This document shows, piece by piece, positions 11,790-23,153 of a stretch of DNA of 64,000 nt. The notes under the pieces were generated by a model that was not told the origin of the DNA, searched no databases, and was given only the letters and a program-made list of their open reading frames with translations. The first letter of the stretch is position 1. Every line of letters starts with the position of its first letter. Origin of the DNA: Alloascoidea hylecoeti (Eukaryota); the NCBI GenBank assembly GCA_001600815.1, contig BCKZ01000005.1, positions 1,179,794 through 1,243,793 on the forward strand, written 5' to 3'. The position numbers and the translations under genes are program-made.

Positions 11790-12915
11790 TTATTATAAAA
11801 TCATGCATATGGCCATGTATATTTGATACTTTTTATCATTTATTTGTTTAGAAAAATTGACTTTTTTTACCATCATAATTGCCAATATCTCTCTTCTTGC
11901 AATCTCAAGAGTATATCTTAAGAGAGATTTAAAAAATAAAAGTTTTATTTTCAGTTGTTTTTTTCAGATTTAAAGTTTAATTGAAACTTAAATTTATTAC
12001 ATTCGTTTAGAATATAAAAAAAAAAATTTTCATTCTTTTTTCTCCCTTTTCTTTTTGCTATTGATGACTATTGAGTTCTATATGCATATGTTTTATAAAA
12101 TATTTGTCTTTTGCTCTTCATTTTGAATTTTTTCATCTTTAATTTATACACATACAATTAAAAAATTTTTATAATTACATTACATCTTACATATATTGTT
12201 CTTCTTTTCATTTACATTTAAAATTCTTGATTTTATTTTACTTTTTTCTTAAAAGTGTCACAATTGCAACTAATGATTGTTAAATTCACTTATGATTTCA
12301 TTCGTTAAGATTTCCTTGTTAAAATTTGTTTCTGCATCATCACTATCATCTTCATTCTCATATTATCATTATCATTATTCTTATTCTTATTCTTATTCAT
12401 TATTCATTATTTTTATGATTTTCTTCAGGTAAAAAAGAAATTAGAAAGTTTTGAAATAAATATATATACAGCATTTTTTCTGTTTTTGATATTTAAAATT
12501 ATTATTATTTGTTTGCACTATTGTTTTTAGTTACAAAAAAAATTGTTTAATTTTTTATTTTTTGATCTTAAACTTGCTAACTTTAAAATCTTTGCTCTCA
12601 CATTCATTTGATAGTTTTTCTTGCTTCTTCAACTTGTTTCTGATTAAAATTCATCTTGATGATCTTTTATATTAGCTATTTATATTTATATTTATATTGA
12701 TTGAATACAATTATCGTTTTCATTTCTTAAAATTTTACATTAAATTGATATTTATGATATATTTGAATGATTGTTACATAGGTAGCTTTATGTATCTATA
12801 AATTTAAAAATTATCTTCTTTTTTACATTTAAACTTACAGTAATTATTAGTCGAAATCCATTTGGTTGTAAATTTTGAGCTTCATATTATAAGAGATACA
12901 GTGATTCCATTTATT

Positions 12916-13040
12916 TTAAGTATCCGCCATCCCACACCTATATTTCGGCTGAAGTTGTCACCCGAAATCGTTCCATATGGCTGCACGTTAATGGGTAATA
13001 ATGCAGCCGAAAATCAGCTTTGGTGATGACGGATACTTAA
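12916..13040. mobile_element. MITE-like hairpin flanked by TTAA
   Basis: ttaagtatccgccatc (12916-12931) is inverted to gatgacggatacttaa (13025-13040), 15/16 match. Inner inverted pair tttcggctg / cagccgaaa. Confidence 0.6.
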
Positions 13041-13059
13041 TGATCAAAATGGCCTCACT

Positions 13060-13700
13060 TAAGTGTAATAGACGAAAACCTTCAAGACCATCTCCAGGCA
13101 GTGTAAACTGGCCATGGCTTCCTCATGGTTGCTGTCGCCTGAATAATATTTAAGAAATATCATGGACTAAATCTCCAGCTGAAAAGACGAAGCCCTCTCT
13201 TCTTATGCATCATAGAGCTATTCCCATGTCAATTTCAAGGTTAAACCAGCGCTTTTATCGGGTACTCGAAGACCTCAGCCTACTAAAAAAATCGCGAATA
13301 TGTCACATGTTGGGAATTTCATAGTTCTTTCTAAATGCAAGGAACCAAAAGAACAGAATGATTTAAAGTTATATTAGATTGGAGTTGTTTCATGACGATT
13401 GGGATGTTGTATTCAACAACGGATATTCGGTCGCTACACGATCCGGGAGAGTATGTAGTACTATGTGCTCTAGGAAACTCAGGCCATACATTTAAACCAA
13501 AAATTACTTATAATATTAGGAAGTCTGGGTCTCAATTACTCAGCAATGGTTTGAACTTGAATTTGGAAAAGTATTATAAAGATTGGTCAACGTTGGAGTT
13601 CCTAATTATATATAAAATGTTCCATGATCGTAGAGTGGCAGCCGTTTATACCCTGGGATTACGGGCGCTAATACCAAATATCTAGAATTTACGGAACATT
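13060..13700 (+). pseudogene. Decayed protein kinase relic (TKL-like)
   Basis: One frame gives ISWTK...HHRAIPMSI...RVLEDLSLLKK (13208-13290), with 18 residues between the HRD-like and DLG-like positions. Later frames give IGVVS and YSTTDIRSL (DIWSL-like). Confidence 0.55.
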
Positions 13701-13729
13701 GGAAGCTATTTTAATTTCCATACACAACA

Positions 13730-15265
13730 TCACTTTTTAAAAAGTTTGTAAATTCTCGACTTACAGTATGCCAGACGACCCACAAACATCAAAATACTCT
13801 TCAAAGGGAATATACCTTTCAACTCATTAAAAATTCTCGTCGTACCTAAATCGTTTTCAAACAACATTTTACCAAGATTCATATCATTTGTTACAAGACT
13901 ATTAAGTTCGCCAACAAAATGTTCAGTACCAAGCATCATTCCAAGTTGACTCTTCCCTTTCATGAAAGGAACTAAACTCTTATCATTACCAGCTAATAAT
14001 GAAGTGATTATTGATCCAGCAGTTACTCCTGCATGTAATGCACCACCGGCTCCATTTATAACAGGAATATCATTATTATCACCAACTGCAAAGATATGAT
14101 GGTGGCCGGGAACAGTAAGATACTCATCAATTTTAATTTGTTTCAAAGAATTTAGGATTGACTTCAATTCAGTTTTTTCAATTATATCCGTATTTGGTTT
14201 GGCACCTGTTGCCCAAATCTAGAAAATAGTTAGTAAATTATCAATCATAAGTTTCAAGTTGAGTAGCTTACGGTTAAATCACTTTTGTATTTATCACCAT
14301 CGGTTGTAATAACAACTTTATTCTCTTTATCATCATTTTTGATTCTTTTATTTAAGATAACATTAATACCCATTTCTAATAATGTAAGATAAGTAAGTTT
14401 CTTAAAGGTTTCAGAAAGATCTGGCTCTGGTGGTAAAAACCCATGAGGATGGATCAAAATAGTGTTCTTATTTGGGTATTTATGTTTGATCTCAGCTGCA
14501 ACTTCAATACCAACGGCACCTAAAATATAAGTTATAGTCAGAATCAATCATTTTATCTGAATTCATGAAGTGTATGTAATTGAGAAGCTTACCTCCTCCA
14601 ACAACTACAACGTCCTTAGCATCCTTAATAGTATTTTCATAATTCTCACAATTTTTGACAAAAGATTCATATGAAAATCCATCTTTAGAAAGGTCAAAGG
14701 GAGCAGCTCTGGTTAGACCTGTAGCCACCACTGCAATATCAAAATCTAAAGTTTGTTCTTCCGAATCTACTTGTTCTGTCTCTTCGTTTAATTTTTTAAA
14801 AACTAATTGATTTTCATGTAATTCAGTAACAAATCCTCTAATATGAGTTAAATCTTTACCGAGATGGTTCTTATAAGCTGGAATCTTATCAAAATCTAAG
14901 TAAATCTTACTACTAAAATTGGCATCAGTGATAGCTCGAGGTAATGCAATTAGGTTAACAAATCCATTTTTAGGTTCAATGAGTGTAACATAAAGTTTAT
15001 GACCTTTTGGTAATGGACTTTTATCCAATGTATCAAAAATAGATCTCAAAGCATTAGCACCTCCAAAAGAACCACCTATAATTACAACATTGATTATTGG
15101 TTTTTCTTTGATATTATGGAAGGTAGACAAAATAGCATTATATGTAGGACCAGGGGGAAAAGGTCCACTTGGAAATGAAGGCATTTCAAATGATTCAGAA
15201 GCTGCCAAACCCAATTCTGAGACTTGCTTTTTGATCTCCTCAGTTGTTAGTTTAATTGATGACAT
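13730..15265 (-). CDS. AIF/AMID-like FAD/NAD(P)H oxidoreductase, copy 1; exons 15265-14593, 14519-14272, 14218-13730
   Basis: Motifs VVIIGGSFGG, VATG, spliced VVVGGGAVGIEVAAE, IWATG and IFAVGD. Introns 14520-14592 and 14219-14271 run GTAAGC...TAG; the second has TACTAAC. Confidence 0.88.
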
Positions 15266-16089
15266 TTCATATTTTTCTCTAAATTTACAAATAAACTTGT
15301 GGCAATATATTGAGGTATTAATTGATTTAAATTTCAAAAATTGAGCAGAGCTCCTTTTAAATAGTTTCAGATTTTATAGCATGCTAACAATTTAATTAAT
15401 AGAATCACGTAAATCTTAAAGTGGCCGGGATTCTTATTTCTTTTATCGAGAAATAACAGCGATAAAATGTTATCGGACATAAAGGATATTATTATAATCT
15501 CATTTGTTTTTGTTGTTCTGTAAGCCATTTTTGATATTTATTCTATTTTCATTTTCTTTGTATCATTCTGTGTATTGTACTTTTCTTTTTATTAGAATTC
15601 ACGGCAGATAAAGAAATCAAGAACAGAATTAGTTAACAATTGATAATTGACACTAAGCATAAATAACCAAAAGTATTCTTAATTCAACTAAATTCCTTGG
15701 GTCTCAATTAGGTTGGATTTGATAACATCGTTGTTTCGTATATTTCAAGCATAATTGCGAGTGTACTTATATGATAATGGTGTTAGATAATGGAAAAATT
15801 AAAATCTATCAAGTAGAGTTTAATCATAAGTAAAGCTTAAGCTGTTGAAATTCATGAAGTTTTTAGATTATAGGCTACAATCGCTGTTGTGATTATTCAT
15901 TCAGCTAATACTGATTTCTATCTAAAGGTAAGTATATAAGCCTTATAATTATATGATCATGAACAACGTTAAGTTATATAATTAGTTAACCAAATGAAAT
16001 GTGCGAATATTTTTCACATTTTGTTATAAATTATAATTATAATTAGTATTCATATTGGAAGCGACTGATATAGTGAATCATTATTAGTG

Positions 16090-16350
16090 GATGCTCTAAT
16101 GGATCCGGAAGCGCTTGACCTTCCGAACCATTTGTGTGACTGATTTCCAGGTCTTCTGTAGAAATATACCTCTGCAGAGTGTAAGGAGTCCCCACTGATA
16201 CACACAACCTATAGATGTTGTTTGAAGTGCTATTCGAGCTTCATTGATAATGCTGAGCCCATAATTACAGATTAGATTGAGCACCGGGGCCGTGATCGCA
16301 TTAGGTTATGATATGGTAATTGTTGCCCGAGTACATATGGTATCTGCTAG
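16090..16350 (-). pseudogene. Decayed protein kinase relic (TKL-like)
   Basis: Minus strand, in order across frameshifts: HMYSGNN (DLHSGNI-like), LICNYGLS (ICDxGLS-like) and GTPY/SAEV (subdomain VIII-like). Confidence 0.5.
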
Positions 16351-16616
16351 TTAGTATTCAGTATTGAGGAGTCCACTATCGAGTCTCGAGTCTCGACTGT
16401 ATCATAATTATCATACACTTCGTACAGGAGTGGGGATCATTTCGTCTCGCTGAACACTAAATCCCGTAGAATTTTGTCCGTTATGCCCGATAACTTCTTA
16501 TCCCCGTTACCTGTCGAGCCATCCAGGAGCAATAAAAGAAATTGAAATACCGGTCAATTTTACGATTTACTTAACTCCACGGTTAATTAAATTGCTATTT
16601 AATTTAAATTGTTAAC

Positions 16617-18224
16617 ATGTGCCAAAGCTTGAAATTATTTAGAAGAACGAATTCTGCCCATCTTTTGAAATCAATATTAATTAATACCTCCATTGTTACT
16701 ACACCGAGTACAAGCCTATTTCCGAGTGGAATATTAAGAAAAACTCATACAATGACATCAATTAAACTAACAACTGAGGAGATCAAAAAACAAATCTCGG
16801 AATTAAATTTGGCACCTCCTGAATCATTTACAAGACCTACTTCTGGTGGTGGACCTTTTACCCCTGGCGCTACTCATAATGCTATTTTGTCTACCTTCCA
16901 TAATATCAAAGAAAAACCAATAATCAATGTTGTAATTATAGGTGGTTCTTTTGGAGGTGCTAATGCTTTGAGATCTATTTTTGATACATTGGATAAAAGT
17001 CCATTACCAAAAGGTCATAAACTTAATGTTACACTCATTGAACCTAAAAATGGATTTGTTAACCTAATTGCATTACCTCGAGCTATCACTGATGCCAATT
17101 TTAGTAGTAAGATTTACTTAGATTTTGATAAGATTCCAGCTTATAAGAACCATCTCGGTAAAGATTTAACTCATATTAGAGGATTTGTTACTGAATTACA
17201 TGAAAATCAATTAGTTTTTAAAAAATTAAACGAAGAGACAGAACAAGTAGATTCGGAAGAACAAACTTTAGATTTTGATATTGCAGTGGTGGCTACAGGT
17301 CTAACCAGAGCTGCTCCCTTTGACCTTTCTAAAGATGGATTTTCATATGAATCTTTTGTCAAAAATTGTGAGAATTATGAAAATACTATTAAGGATGCTA
17401 AGGACGTTGTAGTTGTTGGAGGAGGTAAGCTTCTCAATTACATACACTTCATGAATTCAGATAAAATGATTGATTCTGACTATAACTTATATTTTAGGTG
17501 CCGTTGGTATTGAAGTTGCAGCTGAGATCAAACATAAATACCCAAATAAGAACACTATTTTGATCCATCCTCATGGGTTTTTACCACCAGAGCCAGATCT
17601 TTCTGAAACCTTTAAGAAACTTACTTATCTTACATTATTAGAAATGGGTATTAATGTTATCTTAAATAAAAGAATCAAAAATGATGATAAAGAGAATAAA
17701 GTTGTTATTACAACCGATGGTGATAAATACAAAAGTGATTTAACCGTAAGCTACTCAACTTGAAACTTATGATTGATAATTTACTAACTATTTTCTAGAT
17801 TTGGGCAACAGGTGCCAAACCAAATACGGATATAATTGAAAAAACTGAATTGAAGTCAATCTTAAATTCTTTGAAACAAATTAAAATTGATGAGTATCTT
17901 ACTGTTCCCGGCCACCATCATATCTTTGCAGTTGGTGATATTAATGATTACCCTGTTATAAATGCAGCAGGTGGTGGAGTACTCACAGGTGGAAGCGCTG
18001 GATCAATAATTACTTCATTATTAGCTGGTAATAATAATGGTTTAATACCTTTCACCAAATGGAAAAGCCAACTTGCAATGATGCTTGGTACTGATTATTT
18101 TGTTGCTGAACTTCAAAATCTTGTAACAAATGATTTGAATTTTGGTAAAGTAATATTTGAAGATGATTTATCAACAACAAAAGTTTTTAATGAGTTGAGA
18201 TTGGCAGAAGTAACCAAGTATTAG
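16617..18224 (+). CDS. AIF/AMID-like oxidoreductase, copy 2; introns 17425-17497 and 17746-17798; alternative start 16752
   Basis: Inverted paralog of 13730-15265 with the same motifs and introns. Splicing restores GGGAVGIE and IWATG in frame. Confidence 0.88.
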
Positions 18225-18269
18225 ATCATAAAATTATATCATATCATGAAGAATGCTCAGAATAGACGA

Positions 18270-18668
18270 TAAATAATTTCTCTTTATGATTTAAATGGAC
18301 TAGATGAGAATGGAGAATATATTTTTGGTTGCAAACTTGTTCAATTAATTCTAGGTAATCTAAATTTAGTATTTCCATCTAAAAAGAAAAGAAAACAAAT
18401 GAAAATTCCTCTCAATACATTCTACGTCAATCCATATCATAATGAGACTTGTGGACTTCCAATTGGTTCAACATCAGAGTTTGGAAATGTTGAATTAAAT
18501 GAAATTATCATTGGAATGTATGCTACTCATTGGTATTATCTAGTTTTCGACTATACCTCAAACTCGTTTAGCTTCGCTCAGGTAATGACTGGCCAGAATA
18601 TATATGACAAATTTGAATTGTTAAAAGAAACATGGAATAAATTTTCTCTAAACTCATCTTACAAGTAG
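18270..18668 (+). pseudogene. C-terminal fragment of a pepsin-family aspartic protease
   Basis: EYIFGC...LNLVF...MKIPL...TCGLPI...IIIGM....YYLVFDYTSNSFSFAQ fits the A1 C-terminal ILG...YxVFD..N..xFAQ pattern. No N-terminal lobe is present. Confidence 0.65.
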
Positions 18669-18939
18669 ATTTAATAGATTAGATGAATATAGGTTTTGAG
18701 GTTTATAGAAAGCGCCTCGCTGTTTCTGTTTTAGATAGATATACGTTCAAATAGTGATTTAATAAGAAGAATATTAATAGAAAAAAAAAGCCTATAAATA
18801 TTGTATTGATGTTTAATTCGGATAAAGGAGATAAGTCTACCGGATATTCTCTTCCTCATGGCACAAGCAACCCAAGCAATGTGAAAACGTCCGCTTAGTG
18901 AGAGAATCTCAAGCACAACAAAAGTAAGAGATCGAAGCT

Positions 18940-19454
18940 CTAAAGAAGGTGGAGTTTCATTAATACATCTGGTAAAACTGCAGCGGAGATAATACTTGCA
19001 ATTGTGCTTCCTTTATTGGCATTTGAAATTTATTTCCTATTTTTGTTTTATTTATTTGTGAAATGGATTTTTCAAGTTATTTTATGAAGGCGGCTTTAAA
19101 ATTGGACATTTCATCGTAATTCAACAAGCTCAAATGACTAATATTTATCCACCAGTAAATGGAATTGATGTTAATATAGCTTTTGAATTAATGGGATAAG
19201 ATAGACCAGTTGAAAGACCTATTCCACCGGACATTGTGGTTAATCCAACTCTTGATTCCTGGCATAATGAAAATAATGATATATTTAATGTCGATCTTGA
19301 AGCAGGTCATAAAAGGGAGGCTCATGAACAAGTGGATAGAAGAGCATCACAAGAAGAAGATTTACAAAAATATGAGGATGATATTGACCCACCAGTTTAT
19401 AAAGATAGTCGATGGTTCCAAGTTTATTCTGCAATAAATCTTGAACAGTTATAA
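18940..19454 (+). pseudogene. Disrupted single-pass membrane protein relic
   Basis: Hydrophobic EIILAIVLPLLAFEIYFLFLFYLFV is followed, after a frameshift and a stop, by an acidic tail ending in DPPVY (PPxY). Confidence 0.35.
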
Positions 19455-19919
19455 TTAAATATCGATCAGCGTTAAAGTATTATTTTTAGAAATTTCCCCA
19501 CCTAAATTTTATCTATTTTATTACAAATGTTTGGTTTAGAATAATTCCTATATAAACGTAAGCATTTGCTACATTTAATGAAATCGAGTTCATATCATAC
19601 AAATATTATTGCTGATGAAGTGATTGGATACATAAATGTAGCGTTACGTTTATATCCATTGAGTAACAGTAGAACGTGAACCATTCTTCTTAATAAAAGT
19701 TCTTATGCTAATTAAAAGTAGGATTCACCACGGAATAGGGAACTAAGGATCTGGGTAATGTTGAAGCGTTGGTACTACGTGCATAAGCTCAGCATTTATT
19801 TAATAGGAATGTAGGTTGCAATCAATGTGCACCCCCATACAATTAATTATAGTTAATTGATACTATTTGGGAATATGATAGCAAACAAATTATATTATTT
19901 AATCTAATCAACACTATAA

Positions 19920-21452
19920 TTATTTTGTTTCTTCAACAGGAACTTCCTGTTGTTTTATTAGATAAAACAACCTTTCTGCAGTTCCAAAGCTTTCTGTTTG
20001 TTGATCAATATATTCAATATCTTTTCCAAGTGGATTTTCTCTATTTTTTGGCGCCAATTTGAAAACTTCGTCTACCCATTGCTCTTTTACAACATCATAA
20101 GGGTAATATAGGAAAGATATACCATTTCCTGTCACCTTGATCCTTTCTTGTTCCCATTTCTTTCTTTCTTCAATTGATGGAAGAGACTTGGCATTGGACC
20201 AAACACCAGCTATAGCGGTAGTTGCAGCTTCAATAGTATGGAATTTGAAATTTGATAATGTTACACCTACTGTTGCGAGAGTTGGATCTTCATTTGCGAA
20301 AACATTCAAATATAAACCGCTTATTCTAGAACCACTTGTAGGTCCATTTTCTGATTCTGTTACTTCAATAATTGGATCAATTTTTGGTAAGTACCAATGA
20401 TAACCAGTTACATATATAATTTTCCCAATATCAGATTCAATTGTTCCATCAGTGAAATGTATATCACCTGTTTCTGGATCAAATTTTTTAATTGTTGTTT
20501 TGACATTAATACCGTGAGAGTTAATTGCATTATCAATCCATGGATAAATAGCATGTTCTGATCTTTTTGAAACCAAAACTTCTTTTGCTAATGGGAATAT
20601 ATATTGAATTAAATCAGCACTTGATAAACTAGCGCCAATAAATAAAACTCTTTGATCTTTGAATTTTTCAGGGGATCGGTATGCTTTTCCAAGACTAAGT
20701 CTGCCTGGAAATCGTTTATTATATTCAGCAAGTCCTTCAGTTTTTGGAAGATAAGGAACTGTATAATGTCCAAGACTTAGAACTACAGCATCAAAAGATT
20801 CTTGATACCATTCAACTTTTTCAGTTTCTTCATTAGTACGTCTAATTGTCAAAACCCATTTATCTTCACGTTTTTCAATATATTGAACATCACTATTGAA
20901 TCTAATATATTTATCAAGTTCACTTGTTTTGACGAAATCTCGGAGTGTTTTTGTGACTTGCTTATGAGTTAAAAATGGATGAATTAATTTTACTTTTTCA
21001 GGTTTTTCATATGGAAGGTAAGAAAATCTCATAAATGGAGCTGCGACATTTGTGTATAAATCATCATAAACCGCACTTTTATCCCATTGCAATTGATCAC
21101 CTTCAGTTGTTGTTGGAACTTTGATTGGTTTGTCAATACTAGATGATTTCAATTCAATTTCTGAAGGCCTTGATCTTTTAGGATAAATTACATCTGGTAA
21201 ATTATAGTTTTCAGTGTCAAGTAATTCTTGTGTTGGAAAATCTGGATCAGGAGAATCAATTGAGCTATTCCAAACACCAGCAGGTTTAGATTGTCTTTCA
21301 AAAGTGACAATCTTGTCGAATGCTGGAAATTCAGGTAAGGGACCTCCAACGGTTGAGGATCCGTCCTTNGANGTGTGGAGCAACTCATAAGTAGAAGCAA
21401 GGCCTGCTGGACCAGAACCAATGATCGCAATTGATTTGATATTAAAGACCAT
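19920..21452 (-). CDS. Flavin-containing monooxygenase (Fmo1-like), copy 1
   Basis: FAD motif IAIIGSGPAG, then YDDLYTN, FDAVVLSLGHY and NADPH motif FIGASLSSAD. ATG at 21452 matches copy 2. Confidence 0.9.
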   Translation of the reverse strand: MVFNIKSIAIIGSGPAGLASTYELLHXXKDGSSTVGGPLPEFPAFDKIVTFERQSKPAGVWNSSIDSPDPDFPTQELLDTENYNLPDVIYPKRSRPSEIELKSSSIDKPIKVPTTTEGDQLQWDKSAVYDDLYTNVAAPFMRFSYLPYEKPEKVKLIHPFLTHKQVTKTLRDFVKTSELDKYIRFNSDVQYIEKREDKWVLTIRRTNEETEKVEWYQESFDAVVLSLGHYTVPYLPKTEGLAEYNKRFPGRLSLGKAYRSPEKFKDQRVLFIGASLSSADLIQYIFPLAKEVLVSKRSEHAIYPWIDNAINSHGINVKTTIKKFDPETGDIHFTDGTIESDIGKIIYVTGYHWYLPKIDPIIEVTESENGPTSGSRISGLYLNVFANEDPTLATVGVTLSNFKFHTIEAATTAIAGVWSNAKSLPSIEERKKWEQERIKVTGNGISFLYYPYDVVKEQWVDEVFKLAPKNRENPLGKDIEYIDQQTESFGTAERLFYLIKQQEVPVEETK

Positions 21453-21739
21453 TCTATTGAAATTATTATATATTTTGAGTTTAATTGAAAGATTATTTAT
21501 TTCAATACAGATTTTCATGTAATACTAAACGTGATATGGAGAAAATATGGTGTCAATGCCCGTGGCATCGCTATAATATATGTATTACGTAATGAACGCG
21601 CAATGTACTGTAATATTCTTGTATGGAAAAACCTTTTGAAAATCTCGAACGAGACTCATCCGATACCTGGTTTCGGGAAACTTTTGCAATTGGCTATCCA
21701 AGTTTTGGTTTCGAGGCTCTTTGGTCCGATGTTTCTAGT

Positions 21740-22400
21740 ATAATCTTTTTAAATTTATAACTTTACTTAATTGTAAAAGAAAAAGAGTATTTAAATCATG
21801 GAAAAATATGATAACGATAATATATGGAGATCAAAGTTTCAAGAACAAAAATATTGGGAATATTATAATGATGATTTAGAAACTGATTCTTGGTATGAAT
21901 TATAAAAGGAACATTATCTTTTAGATTTGAATTGGAAAATGGTAAATATACACCAAATTTATTAGTTGGTCATTCTGCTGAAACATTTTGTATTAAATTT
22001 TTTGGATTTTAACTGGTTCACAAGATTGTACAATTAGAATTTGGGATGTTGAAACTTTTAAATGCTTAGGAGTTTTAGGTGATCCAAATCCTGAGATTTT
22101 AACACAATTAGGTGCACCAAATCCTCGGATATTAAGAACTGATTTCTCAGAATTGGAAATATTGGAATTAATAAAAGATACCGATTACAAATTTCATTGG
22201 GGTAAAGTTAGTTGTATGGGGATATACTGTACTGGTTAATAATAAAATCATATCTGTTAATTATGATTACATTATTAAGATTTGGGATTTAAATGATCTA
22301 AAATTAACTAAACAAATTAAAATGGTAATATTGTTGTCTGTGATTTTGCAGGAGATTTACGGGAAAAATATTTAAAACATTTATAATCTATTGAATTTTG
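21740..22400 (+). pseudogene. F-box/WD40 pseudogene A (internally deleted)
   Basis: DNA homologous to 46190-47410. Motifs IWRSKFQEQKYW, WYEL, GHSAETFCIKF, TIRIWD and KKYLKHL, with stops and frameshifts. Confidence 0.85.
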
Positions 22401-22949
22401 AAAATTAGCAATCGTTAATTATATTAATTATAAGATCTAGAGATTTCATTTGACACTAATATCAATTATAACGCTTTGGAACTTGGAGTCTTAATGTGAA
22501 GAAGCATTATCTATATTAATATATTAATTATTACTAATGTACTTGCATTTATGAAATATTGTCAAAAACTTATTATAATTTTGGTTTGGTGTGTACAAAT
22601 ATTTAGTCCAGAAAGTCACAGAAATTTATATATCATAATGGTGAATTAGATACTACAGCAGGTGGTCTAATATTTGGCTATTTTAGTTGAGAAAGTGGCT
22701 TTAATTAAGTAGAAACACTGGCTAGTGTGGAGCTAGACGTGCATTCGGTTTCGGTTCCGGCGATTTCAAAACGTACCCCGAAGTATTCATACCCATCCCC
22801 TACCAAAAAATCAATGATCATGAATGGTCAAAGCAGGTAACTATGCAAACAATTGAACTGGAACAGGGAAACACTCTTAGAACAAAATAAACAGATCACG
22901 TCCGTTAAATCATTTAAGTTTTTGGGAGAGACCATGTTTTGTTGTACCA

Positions 22950-23038
22950 TAAATGTGGCCGAATATTTAATGCAATGCGGCCTAAATTAAGTGAAATGAC
23001 TTGTCGAATTATTAATTTAAATTGTGGGCGAATCATCA
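22950..23038 (+). repeat. TGGCCGAA-type array (4 degenerate units about 23 bp apart)
   Basis: tgtggccgaatattt, tgcggcctaaatt, ttgtcgaattatt, gtgggcgaatcatc. Confidence 0.6.
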
Positions 23039-23153
23039 TTAATGTGTGCAAGTGCTGGTATTTTAGAAAGTGAAATTTGGTTCCACACATTGCTACATTC
23101 ATGAATTTGCGGAGATAATAAGAAACATATTATATTTAACAAATACTATATAA

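Noticed and set aside
13140..13330. Possible rRNA or mitochondrial insert (GC-richer patch)
   Set aside because: No rRNA signature could be matched. Kinase-like motifs explain it better.
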